Assembly: GCA_965279525.1 (NCBI GenBank)
Contig: CBDIIB010000005.1
Coordinates: 1,056,001 to 1,120,000 of the forward strand
Origin: Tagaea sp.
GTDB lineage: Bacteria > Pseudomonadota > Alphaproteobacteria > CACIAM-22H2
DNA: 64,000 nucleotides
Direction: 5' to 3'
Each line of letters opens with the position of its first letter. Position 1 is the stretch's first letter. The notes under the pieces are model-generated. The model saw only the letters and a list, made by a program, of their open reading frames with translations, ran no database searches and was not told the origin of the DNA. Position numbers and translations under genes: made by a program. Shown piece by piece: positions 29,417 through 40,375 of the stretch.

Positions 29417-30112
29417 ATGTCGTACATCTCGCTCCTCAGCGGCGGCGCCGCCCACGGCCTGGTGAGGTCGCTCGCCGACGCGTTCTCGGCCGAAACCGGC
29501 ACGCAAGTGCGCGGCGAGTTCGGTGCCGTCGGTGCCATGCGCGAGAAGCTGGGTGCCGGCCACGCCGCCGACATCGTGATCCTGACGCGCCCGATCGTCG
29601 ACGACCTCATGCGGCTGGGCACTGTCCTTGGCGACACGGTCGCCGATCTCGGCCGGGTACGCACGGCGGTCGCCGTGCGCACCGGCGATGCCGTTCCCGA
29701 CATCGGCACAGCCGAAGCGCTGCGCGCGGCACTGCTTGCCGCCGACGAGATCCATTTTCCCGATCCCGCACTCGCCACCGCCGGCATCCACTTCGCGAAG
29801 ATCCTCGAACGGCTCGGCATCGCGGCTTTGGTCGCGGGCGCCAGGCGCGTGCATCCCAACGGGTCGACCGCCATGCGGGCATTGGCCGCCTCGACGGCAC
29901 GCAACCCCCTCGGCTGCACGCAGGCGACCGAGATTCTCGACACGCCGGGTGCCGTCTTCGTCGGCCCCCTTCCCGATCCGCTGGCGCTCGAGACCGTCTA
30001 TACGGCAGCAGTGTGCAGCGACACCCGCAATGCGGCGGAAGCCCGGTCCTTCGTGGAACGGCTCACCGGCACGCTCAGCGTGTCGCAGCGCCGGCATTGT
30101 GGATTCGAATAG
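29417..30112 (+). CDS. ModA-like substrate-binding-fold protein without signal peptide
   Basis: LLSGGAA, FGAVGAM, ADIVIL, FPDP...TAGIHF, Q.TEI, VGPLP. Confidence 0.8.
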   Translation: MSYISLLSGGAAHGLVRSLADAFSAETGTQVRGEFGAVGAMREKLGAGHAADIVILTRPIVDDLMRLGTVLGDTVADLGRVRTAVAVRTGDAVPDIGTAEALRAALLAADEIHFPDPALATAGIHFAKILERLGIAALVAGARRVHPNGSTAMRALAASTARNPLGCTQATEILDTPGAVFVGPLPDPLALETVYTAAVCSDTRNAAEARSFVERLTGTLSVSQRRHCGFE

Positions 30113-30118
30113 GCCGGC

Positions 30119-31504
30119 TCACGCCACCGGCAGGTAGACCGTGAAGGTCGTGCCGCGGCCGATCTCGCTTTCGATATCGAGCGTGCCGCGATGGCGGTTG
30201 ACGATGTGCTTGACGATGGCAAGCCCGAGCCCCGTCCCGCCCATGTCGCGCGATCGGCCGGCATCCACGCGGTAGAAGCGCTCGGTCAGGCGCGGCAGGT
30301 GTTCGCGCGCGATGCCCTCGCCGTCGTCGGCCACGCGGATCTCGACATAGCTTTTCGCGCGCGCCACGAAGCCCGGCGGCAGGGAAGCCGCGGGTCGGGC
30401 GGCCACGCGCACGGTGCCACCGGCACGCCCGTACTTGATCGCGTTGTCGACCAGGTTCTGGAACACCTGCGCAAGCTGGTCGCCGTCGCCGGTGACCGGC
30501 GGCAGGTCGGCGGCGATGTCGACCGCGATGGCCGTACCCTTCTCCTTCGCCGCGATGGCAAGCGCGTCGAGCGTGCCGGCAAGGATGCGCCCGGCATCCA
30601 CGCGCGTCGCCGGCGGCGTGTGCTCGGCTTCCTCGATCTTGGACAGCGACAGCAGGTCCTTGACGATGCGCGTCATGCGCGCGGTCTGCGTGCCCATGAT
30701 GGCAAGGAAGCGTTCGCGCGCGTCGGCATCGTCGCGCGCCGGCCCCTGCAGGGTCTCGATGAAGCCGACCAGCGTGGCGAGCGGCGTGCGCAGCTCGTGG
30801 CTGACATTGGCGACGAAGTCGCGCCGCATGCGCTCGGCCTGCCGGACCGAGGTCACGTCGGCGATCGCGAGCAGGGCGGCGGGCCGCGATCCCACGCCGC
30901 GCGGCAGCGGGACGGCGCGCACGCGCAATGCCCGCTCGACGGACCCGGCCAGGTGCACGTCGACCGCATCGGGATAGCCGCCTTCGAGGGCAAGGACGAG
31001 CGCATCGAGGACACCGGGATCGCGCAGATAGGCAAGGAGCGGCTTTTCCTCCAGCCCGTCGCCGAACAGGGCACGCGCGGCGGTGTTCGCGCGCGCGATC
31101 TGCTCGTCGGCGTCGATCTGCAGGATCGCATAGGGAAGTGCGTCGACGATCGATTCGAGGGCCGCCTCGCTCGCCATCGGCTGCACGCGCTCGGGCAGGG
31201 CGCGTTCGAGGCGCGCGACCGCCTCGGCGAGCGGAGCGGTCGGCCCATCCTCGGCCGACAGCGCCATCGCGTCCGGGGGTTCGCCCTTGGCCAGTTCGTC
31301 GAGCCGGCGCGCGTGCCGGGACAGTGCGCGCAGGTGCCGCGCCAGCAGGAAGGCCGTCACGAGCACCGTCGCACCGATGCCGGCAACCGCCGAAGTCCAT
31401 GGAATCGCGTGGATATATGCGAACGTACCGAGGACGGCCGCCGTCGGTGCGGCGAGTGCCGCCAGCGAGACCCAGAAATCGCCCGAGAGGCCGTTTCGAT
31501 CCAT
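30119..31504 (-). CDS. phoR: PhoR-like sensor histidine kinase (TM-PAS-HisKA-HATPase)
   Basis: DFVANVSHELRTPL, GFIETL, NLVDNAIKY, HLPRLTERFYRVD..RSR..GGTGLGLAIVKH. Confidence 0.88.
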   Translation of the reverse strand: MDRNGLSGDFWVSLAALAAPTAAVLGTFAYIHAIPWTSAVAGIGATVLVTAFLLARHLRALSRHARRLDELAKGEPPDAMALSAEDGPTAPLAEAVARLERALPERVQPMASEAALESIVDALPYAILQIDADEQIARANTAARALFGDGLEEKPLLAYLRDPGVLDALVLALEGGYPDAVDVHLAGSVERALRVRAVPLPRGVGSRPAALLAIADVTSVRQAERMRRDFVANVSHELRTPLATLVGFIETLQGPARDDADARERFLAIMGTQTARMTRIVKDLLSLSKIEEAEHTPPATRVDAGRILAGTLDALAIAAKEKGTAIAVDIAADLPPVTGDGDQLAQVFQNLVDNAIKYGRAGGTVRVAARPAASLPPGFVARAKSYVEIRVADDGEGIAREHLPRLTERFYRVDAGRSRDMGGTGLGLAIVKHIVNRHRGTLDIESEIGRGTTFTVYLPVA

Positions 31505-31625
31505 GACCGCTCCGCTTGTGAAGGACGCCCCGCCTTGCGTCAAGCGCAGGGGCCTGCCGTTTGCCGGCCGGGCCATTGTGGCGTATAAACAGGGATAATC
31601 CCGCGTCCAGAAGAGGCGATTTGAA

Positions 31626-31835
31626 ATGGCTTCATCGATTTCCTCGAGTTCGACCTCCACCCTTCCGCCGGTCGCCGGCGGCGGCGCCCAGGTCGCGGCC
31701 GTCTCGAATTCCGATCCCGCCGACGAGACCCGCGCGTCGGCCAGCACGGGCAGCCGCACCGAGGAGACGTCGCAGACGAGCCCGGCGGCCCCCAGCGGTT
31801 CCGGCCGCGGGCAGAACGTCGACATCCTGGTCTAG
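31626..31835 (+). CDS. Small low-complexity protein ending GRGQNVDILV
   Basis: 69 aa, AGAGG RBS, S/T/A-rich, followed by a terminator. Confidence 0.7.
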   Translation: MASSISSSSTSTLPPVAGGGAQVAAVSNSDPADETRASASTGSRTEETSQTSPAAPSGSGRGQNVDILV

Positions 31836-31861
31836 CGGAAACCTCCCCGGACCGACCCTTT

Positions 31862-31894
31862 GGAAAACCCGCCGGGCGACCGGCGGGTTTTTCC
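31862..31894. terminator. Bidirectional Rho-independent terminator
   Basis: AAAACCCGCCGG-GCGA-CCGGCGGGTTTTT between convergent genes. Confidence 0.88.
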
Positions 31895-31918
31895 GTTTCG
31901 GGCCCGCTTCGTTTCAGG

Positions 31919-33013
31919 TCAGGCGAAACGCACGCTCGCGATCGGCGGGAGATTCCCGGCGACGAGCTTCCACGAGTTGCCGCCGTTCTCCGACACCCAC
32001 AGGTGGCCCGTCGACGAGCCCATCGCCAGGCACTTGCCTGTCGCGTCGACGTCGAGCCCGTGACGCAGCACGAGATCGTAGGCGTGCTTCTGCGGCAGGC
32101 CCTTCGTCAGGACCTTGAAGCTCTTTGCCGCATCGCGCGTGCGCGCGACGACCATCTTGCCGCCGACCGGAATGCGGCATTCGTCCTTCACGCCAGGAAC
32201 GAACCACGCCGTATCGGCGTCCTTGGGATGGGCCGCGACCGCGAAGCCGAACTTCGCGGGCCTGATCGCCGTCACCTCTTTCCAGGTCTCGCCGCCGTCG
32301 GTCGAGCGGAACACGCCGTTGTGATGCTGCAGCCACAGCACGTCGGGCGAGGACGTACAGCGCGCGATGCGGTGCACGTCCTGCATGAAAGGATCCTCGC
32401 GCCGGGCCGGCGGCATGTATTCGGCATAAAGACCCTTCGACGTGACGCGCCAGGTCTTGCCGCCGTCTTTCGTCTGCCACACGCCGCCGGTGGAGATCCC
32501 CACGACGATCTTCTTCGAATCGCGCGGATCGACGAGGATCGAGTCGATGCCCGGCTTGTCGACATTGAAACCGCCCCCGCCCCATTCCTTGCGCGACGGC
32601 TGGTTCCACAGGCCTTCGTTGAGCGTCCAGCTCTCGCCGCGATCGGCCGAACGGAAGAGCCCGCCCGAGACGGTGCCGCACCACAGCACGCCGGGCTCGT
32701 CCTTGCCGCCCGTCTCGATCGAGAAGAGATACTCGACGTTCGGCCCGTCCTTCGCGCCGTCTTTCGACTCCGTCTTCGCGAAAGCGGGAGCGGTGACTTC
32801 CTTCCAGCTCTTCCCTTCGTCGGTCGAGCGCTGGAGCTTCACGCCGAAATGGCCGAGCGACTGCGCCGCATAGAGCGCGCCGTCGCGCGGATCGCGCATC
32901 GCCTGCGAAAGGATGTCGCCCAGGAAGGCCGTGCGCGCGATGCGCCAGCCCGATGCCGCGCGCCTTACGTCGAACAGGCCCTTGCGCGTGGCCACGAGGA
33001 TTCGCTTGCCCAT
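31919..33013 (-). CDS. BNR/Asp-box beta-propeller protein
   Basis: Repeated Asp-boxes STDEGKSW, SADRGESW, TKDGGKTW, STDGGETW, SENGGNSW; no signal peptide. Confidence 0.9.
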   Translation of the reverse strand: MGKRILVATRKGLFDVRRAASGWRIARTAFLGDILSQAMRDPRDGALYAAQSLGHFGVKLQRSTDEGKSWKEVTAPAFAKTESKDGAKDGPNVEYLFSIETGGKDEPGVLWCGTVSGGLFRSADRGESWTLNEGLWNQPSRKEWGGGGFNVDKPGIDSILVDPRDSKKIVVGISTGGVWQTKDGGKTWRVTSKGLYAEYMPPARREDPFMQDVHRIARCTSSPDVLWLQHHNGVFRSTDGGETWKEVTAIRPAKFGFAVAAHPKDADTAWFVPGVKDECRIPVGGKMVVARTRDAAKSFKVLTKGLPQKHAYDLVLRHGLDVDATGKCLAMGSSTGHLWVSENGGNSWKLVAGNLPPIASVRFA

Positions 33014-33026
33014 TTTTCTACTCCTC

Positions 33027-33284
33027 TCAGCCGCCCGACAGGGCCTGGAACACGAAGATCTCGTCGTCCGGCCCGACCGGATCGGCAAGCTCTGCCCGTG
33101 CATCGTTGATATAGACGTTCACGTGCTTGCGGATGCGGCCCTGGTCATCGACGACGTAGGAGCGCAGGCGCGGATTCTCGGCAAACAGGTTTTCCAGCAC
33201 GGCACCGACCGTCGCCCCGGCGACGCGCGCCGTCGGGCACTCGACATGCCTCTTCAGGTTCCCGGTGAATGCGACGCGGGCCAT
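33027..33284 (-). CDS. MoaD/ThiS family ubiquitin-like protein
   Basis: 85 aa beta-grasp pattern GATVG.VL, HVNVYIN, C-terminal LSGG. Confidence 0.9.
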   Translation of the reverse strand: MARVAFTGNLKRHVECPTARVAGATVGAVLENLFAENPRLRSYVVDDQGRIRKHVNVYINDARAELADPVGPDDEIFVFQALSGG

Positions 33285-33305
33285 CGTGCCGGATGCGCGG
33301 GGAAG

Positions 33306-35606
33306 CTACCGCACGATCGACTGGTAGGCGGAAAGGGCCGCCATGTTGACGATCTCGCCGACCGGCGCGCCGATCTGGACGATCTGGGCGGGCTTGGTGA
33401 GCCCGATCAGGATCGGCCCCAGCATCGTGCAGTTGCCGAGCTTCTGGACGAGCTTGGAGGAGATGTTCGCCGAGTGCAGGCCCGGCATCACCAGCACGTT
33501 GGCCGGCCCCGTGAGGCGGCAGAACGGGTAGAGGTTGCGCATCAGGTCGTAGTCGAGCGCCACGTCGGGGCCCATCTCGCCGTCGAACTCGAAGTCGAGC
33601 TTGCGCCCGCTGTCGGACATGCGTTCGAGCTCCTGCACGGCCTCGCGGACCTGGCTTCCCTTCTCGCGGTGCGGGTTGCCGAAGTTCGTGAACGAGCACA
33701 GCGCCACGCGCGGCTCGTGCCCCAGGCGCCTTGCGGCGGCAGCGGCGGCGATGGCGATCTCGGCCATGTCGCGCGCGTTGGGCAGTTCCGTCACCGTCGC
33801 GTCGGCGACGAACACGGTGCGCTCCTTGGTCATCATGATCGAGATGCCGATGCAGCGCTTGCCCTTCTCGACGTCGATCACGCGACGAACGTCGTCGAGC
33901 GCCTGATAGTAGCTGCGCGTCGTGCCCGTCACCATCGCGTCGACGTCGCCGACCGCGACCATCGTGGCGGCGAACGCGTTGCGGTCCTGGTTGATCAGGC
34001 GCTGGCAGTCGCGCTGCAGGAAGCCCTGCCGGCGCAGGCGCGAATAGAGATGCTCGACATAGCGCTTGTTCTCGTTCGACAGGCGCGCGTTGTGGATCTC
34101 GAGGCCCAGCTCCTTGGCCGACTGCGTCAGCCCCATCCCCTTCATCACTTCTTCGATCGTCTTCTCGCGGCCGATCAGCACCGGCGTGCCGTAACCGGCG
34201 TTGCGGTACGAGATCGCGGCACGGATCATCTTCTCGTCCTCGCCTTCGGCGAAAGCCACACGGCGCGGGTTGGCGCGCACCGTCTCGAAGATGCGGTCGA
34301 GCATGGCGGCCGTGGGATCGCGGCGCAGGCTCAGCGCGTGGCGGTAGGCGTTCATGTCGGCGATGGGCTTGCGCGCCACGCCCGATTCCATCGCCGCCTT
34401 GGCGACGGCGGCAGGCACCACCGAGATCAGGCGCGGATCGAACGGGACCGGGATGATGTATTCCGGGCCGTAGCGCAGGCGCTGGTTGGCGTAGGCGGCA
34501 TCGAGATCGTCGGGCACGTCCTCGCGCGCGAGGATGGCGATGGCGCGCGCGGCGGCGACCTTCATCTCCTCGTTGATCGTGCGCGCGCGCACGTCCAGCG
34601 CACCCCGGAAGATGAACGGGAAGCCGAGCACGTTGTTGACCTGGTTCGGGTAGTCCGAGCGGCCGGTTGCGATGATGCAGTCGGGTCGCGCTTCCTTGGC
34701 TTCTTCCGGCGTGATCTCGGGATCGGGATTGGCCATCGCGAAGATGATGGGCTTGGGCGCCATCGCGCGGACCATGTCCTGCGTGATCGCCCCCTTGGCC
34801 GACAGGCCGAACACGACGTCGACGCCTTCCATGGCCTGGGCGAGCGTGCGCGCCTTCGTCGGCACGGCATGCGCCGACTTCCACTGGTTCATCGATTCCG
34901 TGCGGCCCTGGTAGATGACGCCCTTGGTGTCGCACAGGATGACGTTCTCGTGCGGCATGCCCATCGCCTTGACGAGCTCGGCGCACGCGATGCCGGCGGA
35001 CCCGGCACCGTTGATGACCATCTTCGTCGTGCGGATGTCGCGGTTCGTGAGATCCAGCGAATTGATGAGGCCGGCGGCCGCGACGATCGCGGTGCCGTGC
35101 TGGTCGTCGTGGAAGACCGGGATGTCGAGAAGCTCGCGCAGGCGCTGCTCGATGACGAAGCACTCGGGTGCCTTGATGTCCTCGAGATTGATGCCGCCGA
35201 ACGTGACGCCGATATAGCGCACGCAGTTGACGAACTGGTCGACGTCCTTGGTGTCGACCTCGATGTCGATCGCGTCGACGTCGGCGAAGCGCTTGAAGAG
35301 CACGGCCTTGCCCTCCATCACCGGCTTGCCGCCGAGTGCGCCCAGATCGCCAAGGCCGAGCACGGCCGTGCCGTTCGAGATGACGGCGACGAGATTGCCC
35401 TTGGACGTGTAGTCGTAGGCCGCGTCCGGGTTCTTCGCGATGTGCAGGCAGGGCCATGCCACGCCGGGCGAGTAGGCGAGAGAAAGATCGCGCTGGGTCG
35501 TCAGCGGTTTCGTCGCGTTGATTTCGATCTTGCCGGCCTTGCCGCCCTGGTGATGGAACAGCAGCGATTCCTGCTCGGTCACCGGGCCTGTGGCGTCGTT
35601 CGACAT
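33306..35606 (-). CDS. maeB: NADP-dependent malic enzyme with phosphotransacetylase-like domain
   Basis: [54 protein letters not shown]-like C-terminus. Confidence 0.96.
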   Translation of the reverse strand: MSNDATGPVTEQESLLFHHQGGKAGKIEINATKPLTTQRDLSLAYSPGVAWPCLHIAKNPDAAYDYTSKGNLVAVISNGTAVLGLGDLGALGGKPVMEGKAVLFKRFADVDAIDIEVDTKDVDQFVNCVRYIGVTFGGINLEDIKAPECFVIEQRLRELLDIPVFHDDQHGTAIVAAAGLINSLDLTNRDIRTTKMVINGAGSAGIACAELVKAMGMPHENVILCDTKGVIYQGRTESMNQWKSAHAVPTKARTLAQAMEGVDVVFGLSAKGAITQDMVRAMAPKPIIFAMANPDPEITPEEAKEARPDCIIATGRSDYPNQVNNVLGFPFIFRGALDVRARTINEEMKVAAARAIAILAREDVPDDLDAAYANQRLRYGPEYIIPVPFDPRLISVVPAAVAKAAMESGVARKPIADMNAYRHALSLRRDPTAAMLDRIFETVRANPRRVAFAEGEDEKMIRAAISYRNAGYGTPVLIGREKTIEEVMKGMGLTQSAKELGLEIHNARLSNENKRYVEHLYSRLRRQGFLQRDCQRLINQDRNAFAATMVAVGDVDAMVTGTTRSYYQALDDVRRVIDVEKGKRCIGISIMMTKERTVFVADATVTELPNARDMAEIAIAAAAAARRLGHEPRVALCSFTNFGNPHREKGSQVREAVQELERMSDSGRKLDFEFDGEMGPDVALDYDLMRNLYPFCRLTGPANVLVMPGLHSANISSKLVQKLGNCTMLGPILIGLTKPAQIVQIGAPVGEIVNMAALSAYQSIVR

Positions 35607-35739
35607 GTGGCGTTTTCTTTCCCTGAAATCGTCGCGGCTTGCGCGGGGGCGTGCCCGCTGCTTTTTTGAGGTGGCTATGGTACGGGGAACATCCGCTCGC
35701 CGTCAAAACTCTCGACCGCAAAAAGATTGCTGCACTGCA

Positions 35740-38403
35740 ATGTCAGAACTCGACGCCCAGACCACCCCGATGATGACGCAGTACCTGGAGCTGAAGCGCC
35801 AGTATCCCGGTTGCCTACTTTTTTATCGCATGGGCGATTTCTACGAGCTTTTCTTCGAAGACGCAGTTGCAGCATCCAAGGCGCTCGACATCACGCTGAC
35901 CAAGCGTGGTCAACATGCGGGCAACCAGATCCCGATGTGCGGCGTTCCGTGGCATGCGCACGAGGCATATCTGGCCCGCCTGATCCGGCAAGGGTTCCGC
36001 GTCGCCATCTGCGAGCAGATCGAGGATGCCGCCGAAGCCAAGAAGCGCGGCGGCGGCAAGACGCTCGTGCGCCGCGACGTGGTGCGCGTCGTCACGCCCG
36101 GCACGCTGACTGAAGATTCGCTGCTCGACGCGCGTGCCAACAACTTCCTTGCCTGCCTCGCCGAAGCCGGCGGGGCCTTGGGACTTGCGTGGCTCGACAT
36201 GTCGACCGGCGATTTCCGCATCGAGAGCGTGGCAGTGCCTTCGCTGGCGGCCGCCCTCGCGCGCGTGGCGCCGGGCGAACTGCTTCTTGCCGACCGGCTG
36301 ACCGCGCGCGACGACATGCTTGCGGCCCTCGAACCGCTGAAGCAGCGCCTCACGCCGCTGCCCTCCGCGCGTTTCGACAGCGAAAACGCGCGAAGGCGGC
36401 TGGAAGCGCTCTATGCCGTGAAGTCGCTCGACGGGTTCGGCACTTTCGCGCGCGCCGAGATCGCCGCGGCCGGCGCGCTCGTCGACTATGTCGAGCTCAC
36501 GCAGAAGGGCAAGCTGCCGCGCTTCCTGCCGCCGCAGCGCCTGTCGGCATCCGACGCGATGGAGATCGATCCCGCGACGCGCCGCTCGCTCGAGCTTGGC
36601 GAGACGCAGACCGGCGAGCGCAAGGGCTCGCTGCTCGCCACCATCGACCGCACGCTGACGGCGGCCGGGGCACGCATGCTTGCCGCCCGCCTCGCCGCCC
36701 CGCTTGCCGATCCCCTCGCCATCGGCGAACGCCTCGACATGGTCGGCTATTTCGTCGAAGCCTCACGCGCGCGCGATGCCTTGCGCGACGCACTGAAGGG
36801 CTTTCCCGATCTGGAGCGCGCGTTGCAGCGCCTGGCACTCGGTCGCGGCGGCCCGCGCGACCTGGCTGCCATCGCGCAGGGACTGGCGAAGCTGCCGCAG
36901 GTACGCGCCCACGTCGCACCCCAGCCGCTCGATGCGGTTCCCGCAGGCATCGGTGCCGCACTTGGCGAGCTGGGAAATCACGGCGCACTCGTCGAGAAGC
37001 TCGAATCCGCGCTTGCCGCCGACCTGCCGCTCGATCCGCGCGACGGCGGCTTCATCCGGCCGGGCTACGCGGCCGATCTCGACCGGCATCTGGAACTGCG
37101 CGACGAAAGCCGCCGGTTGGTCGCCGCCCTCCAGCAGCGCTATGCCGACGAGACCGGCATTTCGCAGCTGCGCATCAAGCACAACAACGTCATCGGCTAT
37201 TTCATCGAGGTCAACTCCACCCAGGCCGACAAGCTGCTGAAGCCGGGCGGCATGTTCATCCACCGCCAGACGATGGCGGGCGCGGTGCGCTTCACGACCG
37301 TCGAGCTGGGCGAGCTTGAAAGTGCCGTCACCGGGGCGCGCGACAAGGCGCTGGCGCTGGAACTTTCGATCTTCGCGGATCTCACGCGCACCACGCTCGA
37401 CCATGCCGGTCCGGTCGGGCTGGCGGCACAGGCACTCGCAAGGCTCGACGTGTCCGCTTCCCTTGCCGATCTTGCCGTCGACCGCGACTGGTGCCGCCCC
37501 GTCGTGGATGCAAGCCGCGTCTTCGCGATCGAAGGCGGGCGCCATCCGGTCGTCGAGGCGGCACTGGCCCAGCAGAGTGCGGGCTTCGTCGCCAACGACT
37601 GCACGCTCGATGCCGAAGACGGCCAGTTCCTGTGGCTGGTCACCGGGCCCAACATGGCCGGCAAATCGACCTTCCTGCGCCAGAACGCGCTGATCGCGGT
37701 GCTCGCCCAGACGGGCGCGTTCGTGCCGGCGAAGAAGGCACGCATTGGCGTGGTCGACCGGCTGTTCAGCCGCGTGGGTGCCGCCGACGATCTCGCGCGC
37801 GGCCGCTCGACCTTCATGGTCGAGATGGTCGAGACCGCGGCGATCCTCAATCTCGCCACGCGGCACTCGCTGGTGATCCTTGACGAGATCGGGCGCGGGA
37901 CCGCGACCTACGACGGCCTTTCGATCGCGTGGGCGTGTGTGGAACATCTGCACGGCGTCAACGCGTGCCGGGCCCTGTTCGCCACGCACTATCACGAGCT
38001 GACGGCGTTGGCCGCGAAGCTCCCCGGGCTTTCGTGCCGCACGATGCGCGTGAAGGAATGGAAGGGCGAGGTCGTGTTCCTGCACGAGGTCGCGGCGGGA
38101 ACGGCCGACCGCTCCTACGGCATCCATGTCGCGAAGCTCGCAGGCCTGCCGGCGGCGGCCGTGGCGCGCGCCGAAGCCGTGCTCGCCTCGCTCGAACAGG
38201 GCGGCGAGCAGCGCAATCTTGCCAAGATGGCCGACGACCTGCCGCTGTTCTCCGCGCGGCCTGCGTCGGGGCCGGTGCGCGCGGAAAAATCGGCACTTGC
38301 CGAAGCGCTCGCCGCGATCAATCCCGACGAGCTTGCGCCCAAACAGGCGCTCGATGCGCTCTACGCGCTCCGATCCATCCTCACGAAGGAGTCCCAGACA
38401 TGA
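35740..38403 (+). CDS. mutS: DNA mismatch repair protein MutS
   Basis: [53 protein letters not shown]. Confidence 0.98.
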   Translation: MSELDAQTTPMMTQYLELKRQYPGCLLFYRMGDFYELFFEDAVAASKALDITLTKRGQHAGNQIPMCGVPWHAHEAYLARLIRQGFRVAICEQIEDAAEAKKRGGGKTLVRRDVVRVVTPGTLTEDSLLDARANNFLACLAEAGGALGLAWLDMSTGDFRIESVAVPSLAAALARVAPGELLLADRLTARDDMLAALEPLKQRLTPLPSARFDSENARRRLEALYAVKSLDGFGTFARAEIAAAGALVDYVELTQKGKLPRFLPPQRLSASDAMEIDPATRRSLELGETQTGERKGSLLATIDRTLTAAGARMLAARLAAPLADPLAIGERLDMVGYFVEASRARDALRDALKGFPDLERALQRLALGRGGPRDLAAIAQGLAKLPQVRAHVAPQPLDAVPAGIGAALGELGNHGALVEKLESALAADLPLDPRDGGFIRPGYAADLDRHLELRDESRRLVAALQQRYADETGISQLRIKHNNVIGYFIEVNSTQADKLLKPGGMFIHRQTMAGAVRFTTVELGELESAVTGARDKALALELSIFADLTRTTLDHAGPVGLAAQALARLDVSASLADLAVDRDWCRPVVDASRVFAIEGGRHPVVEAALAQQSAGFVANDCTLDAEDGQFLWLVTGPNMAGKSTFLRQNALIAVLAQTGAFVPAKKARIGVVDRLFSRVGAADDLARGRSTFMVEMVETAAILNLATRHSLVILDEIGRGTATYDGLSIAWACVEHLHGVNACRALFATHYHELTALAAKLPGLSCRTMRVKEWKGEVVFLHEVAAGTADRSYGIHVAKLAGLPAAAVARAEAVLASLEQGGEQRNLAKMADDLPLFSARPASGPVRAEKSALAEALAAINPDELAPKQALDALYALRSILTKESQT

Positions 38404-39095
38404 AGGTCGCGCTGCTTACCGGTGCCGGCAAGGGAATGGGGGCCGCGTGCGCGCGCGAGCTCGTCGCGCGCGGCTGGCAGGTGGCGCTGCTGTCGCCGTC
38501 GGGCGGTGCGGAAAAGCTCGCCAAAGAACTTGGCGGCGTGGGTGTCACCGGTTCGGTCGTCGAGACCGCCGACCTGCAACGCCTCGTCGACGCGGCGATG
38601 GAAAAGTGGGGCCGCATCGACGGCGTGGTCACGTCCACGGGCCATCCGCCCAAGGGCGACCTGCTTGCGCTCGACGATGCGGCGTGGCGCACGGGTCTCG
38701 ACCTCATCATCCTCAACGTCGTGAAACTCGCGCGCATGGTCACGCCGATCATGGAGAAGCAGGGCAGCGGGGCGTGGGTCAACATCTCGACCTTCGCCGC
38801 GTTCGAGCCCGACCTCATCTTCCCGATTTCCTGCACGCTGCGCGCAGGATTGGGCGCCTTCGCCAAGCTCTATGCCGACCGCTACGCGAAGGCCGGCATC
38901 CGGATGAACAACCTGCTGCCCGGCTTCATCGATTCGCTGCCCGTCAAGGAAGCGCTGCTGCCGAAGATCCCGATGGGCCGCTACGGCAAGACTGCCGAGA
39001 TCGCCAAGACCGCGGCGTTCCTGCTGTCGGAAGACGCCGGCTACATCACCGGGCAGAACCTGCGCGTCGACGGCGGCATCACGCGCTCGGTATAA
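38400..39095 (+). CDS. SDR family oxidoreductase
   Basis: [26 protein letters not shown]; ATGA overlap with mutS. Confidence 0.92.
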   Translation: MKVALLTGAGKGMGAACARELVARGWQVALLSPSGGAEKLAKELGGVGVTGSVVETADLQRLVDAAMEKWGRIDGVVTSTGHPPKGDLLALDDAAWRTGLDLIILNVVKLARMVTPIMEKQGSGAWVNISTFAAFEPDLIFPISCTLRAGLGAFAKLYADRYAKAGIRMNNLLPGFIDSLPVKEALLPKIPMGRYGKTAEIAKTAAFLLSEDAGYITGQNLRVDGGITRSV

Positions 39096-39105
39096 TGCGG
39101 GCGGC

Positions 39106-40374
39106 ATGAAGCAGGCACTGCCCCTCGCGTTGGTTCTGGCACTCGCGGCCTGCGCGCCGGCCGAGCCGCCCCCGGCACCGACGCCGGCCGGGCATGTCGG
39201 GCCCGTCTTCGATGCGGGCGGATGGGATGGCGAAGCGCTGGGCAGGGGAGCGGACTATCCGCGCGCCCAGCGCGGGCGCCGGGTCGAGCGGCGGGAACTG
39301 GTCGGCACGTTCTCGGCCTACGACCAAGTCTATGCCGCACGCGCCATCGCGGCCCCCGCGCAGCCTTCGGCGCTGCGTCGCGCTCCGGAACCGGGGATCC
39401 TTTACGAGACGCCGTCCGGCCGGCGCGACATCGACCACTATCTCGCGAACAATCCGACGACCGCGCTGCTGATCGCCAAGGGCGACACGATCCTCGTCGA
39501 GCGCTACCGCTACGCGCGGCGCGAGGACACGCGTTTCACGTCGTTCTCGATGGCCAAGACGATCACCGCGATGCTGTTCGGCATCGCCGTGTCGGAAGGG
39601 CGCATCCGTTCGCTCGACGACACGGCCGAAACCTACGTGCCCGAGCTCAAGGGCAGCGAATACGGCCGCACGCCGATCCGCGCATTGCTGTCGATGTCGT
39701 CGGGCGTGCAGTATCGCGAGGATTACGACGGCAACGACGATGCCGCGCGCCTCGCGCGCGACACGTTCCTGGGTGTGGGGCCCGGCGGGCCGGGCATCCT
39801 GCGCCAGTTCAACGTGCGCATCGCGCCGCCCGACACGCGCTTTTACTACGCGGGGGCCGAGACCCAGACGCTGGGCGCCATTCTCGCGGCCGTTACCGGG
39901 CGAACGCTCGGCGACTATGCGGGCGAAAAGCTGTGGCGACCGCTCGGCGCGGAAGCGGGTGCCAGCTGGGTCATCGACCGTGCAGGTGCCGAGTCCGCCT
40001 ATTGCTGCTTCCAGGCCACCTTGCGCGACTGGGCGCGACTGGGCCTGATGCTCGCGCATGACGGTGCGTGGAACGGACGGCAGATCGTGCCGCGCGACTG
40101 GGTGGTCGCGGCGACGTCGGTCGATCCGCGCCGGCGACACCTGGCACCGGGAACGGCGACGCGCTATTTCGGCTACGGCTACCAGACCTGGATCTTCCCG
40201 GGTCCGGGTCGCACGTTCGCGCTGCAGGGCGTTTACGGCCAGACCGTCTATGTCGATCCGGCCGCACGACTCGTGATGGTGCACCTCGCCGCGCGCGGCG
40301 GTGCGCGCGATCCGGGTGGCGCCCAGACGACCGCGCTGTGGCGCGGCGTGCGCGCCGCCCTCGCCGGCAACTAG
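39106..40374 (+). CDS. Serine hydrolase (beta-lactamase/esterase class C-like), lipoprotein
   Basis: Lipobox LAAC; SMAK (SxxK), LLSMSSG, FYY, YGYQTW, G.YGQ. Confidence 0.9.
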   Translation: MKQALPLALVLALAACAPAEPPPAPTPAGHVGPVFDAGGWDGEALGRGADYPRAQRGRRVERRELVGTFSAYDQVYAARAIAAPAQPSALRRAPEPGILYETPSGRRDIDHYLANNPTTALLIAKGDTILVERYRYARREDTRFTSFSMAKTITAMLFGIAVSEGRIRSLDDTAETYVPELKGSEYGRTPIRALLSMSSGVQYREDYDGNDDAARLARDTFLGVGPGGPGILRQFNVRIAPPDTRFYYAGAETQTLGAILAAVTGRTLGDYAGEKLWRPLGAEAGASWVIDRAGAESAYCCFQATLRDWARLGLMLAHDGAWNGRQIVPRDWVVAATSVDPRRRHLAPGTATRYFGYGYQTWIFPGPGRTFALQGVYGQTVYVDPAARLVMVHLAARGGARDPGGAQTTALWRGVRAALAGN

Positions 40375-40375
40375 C

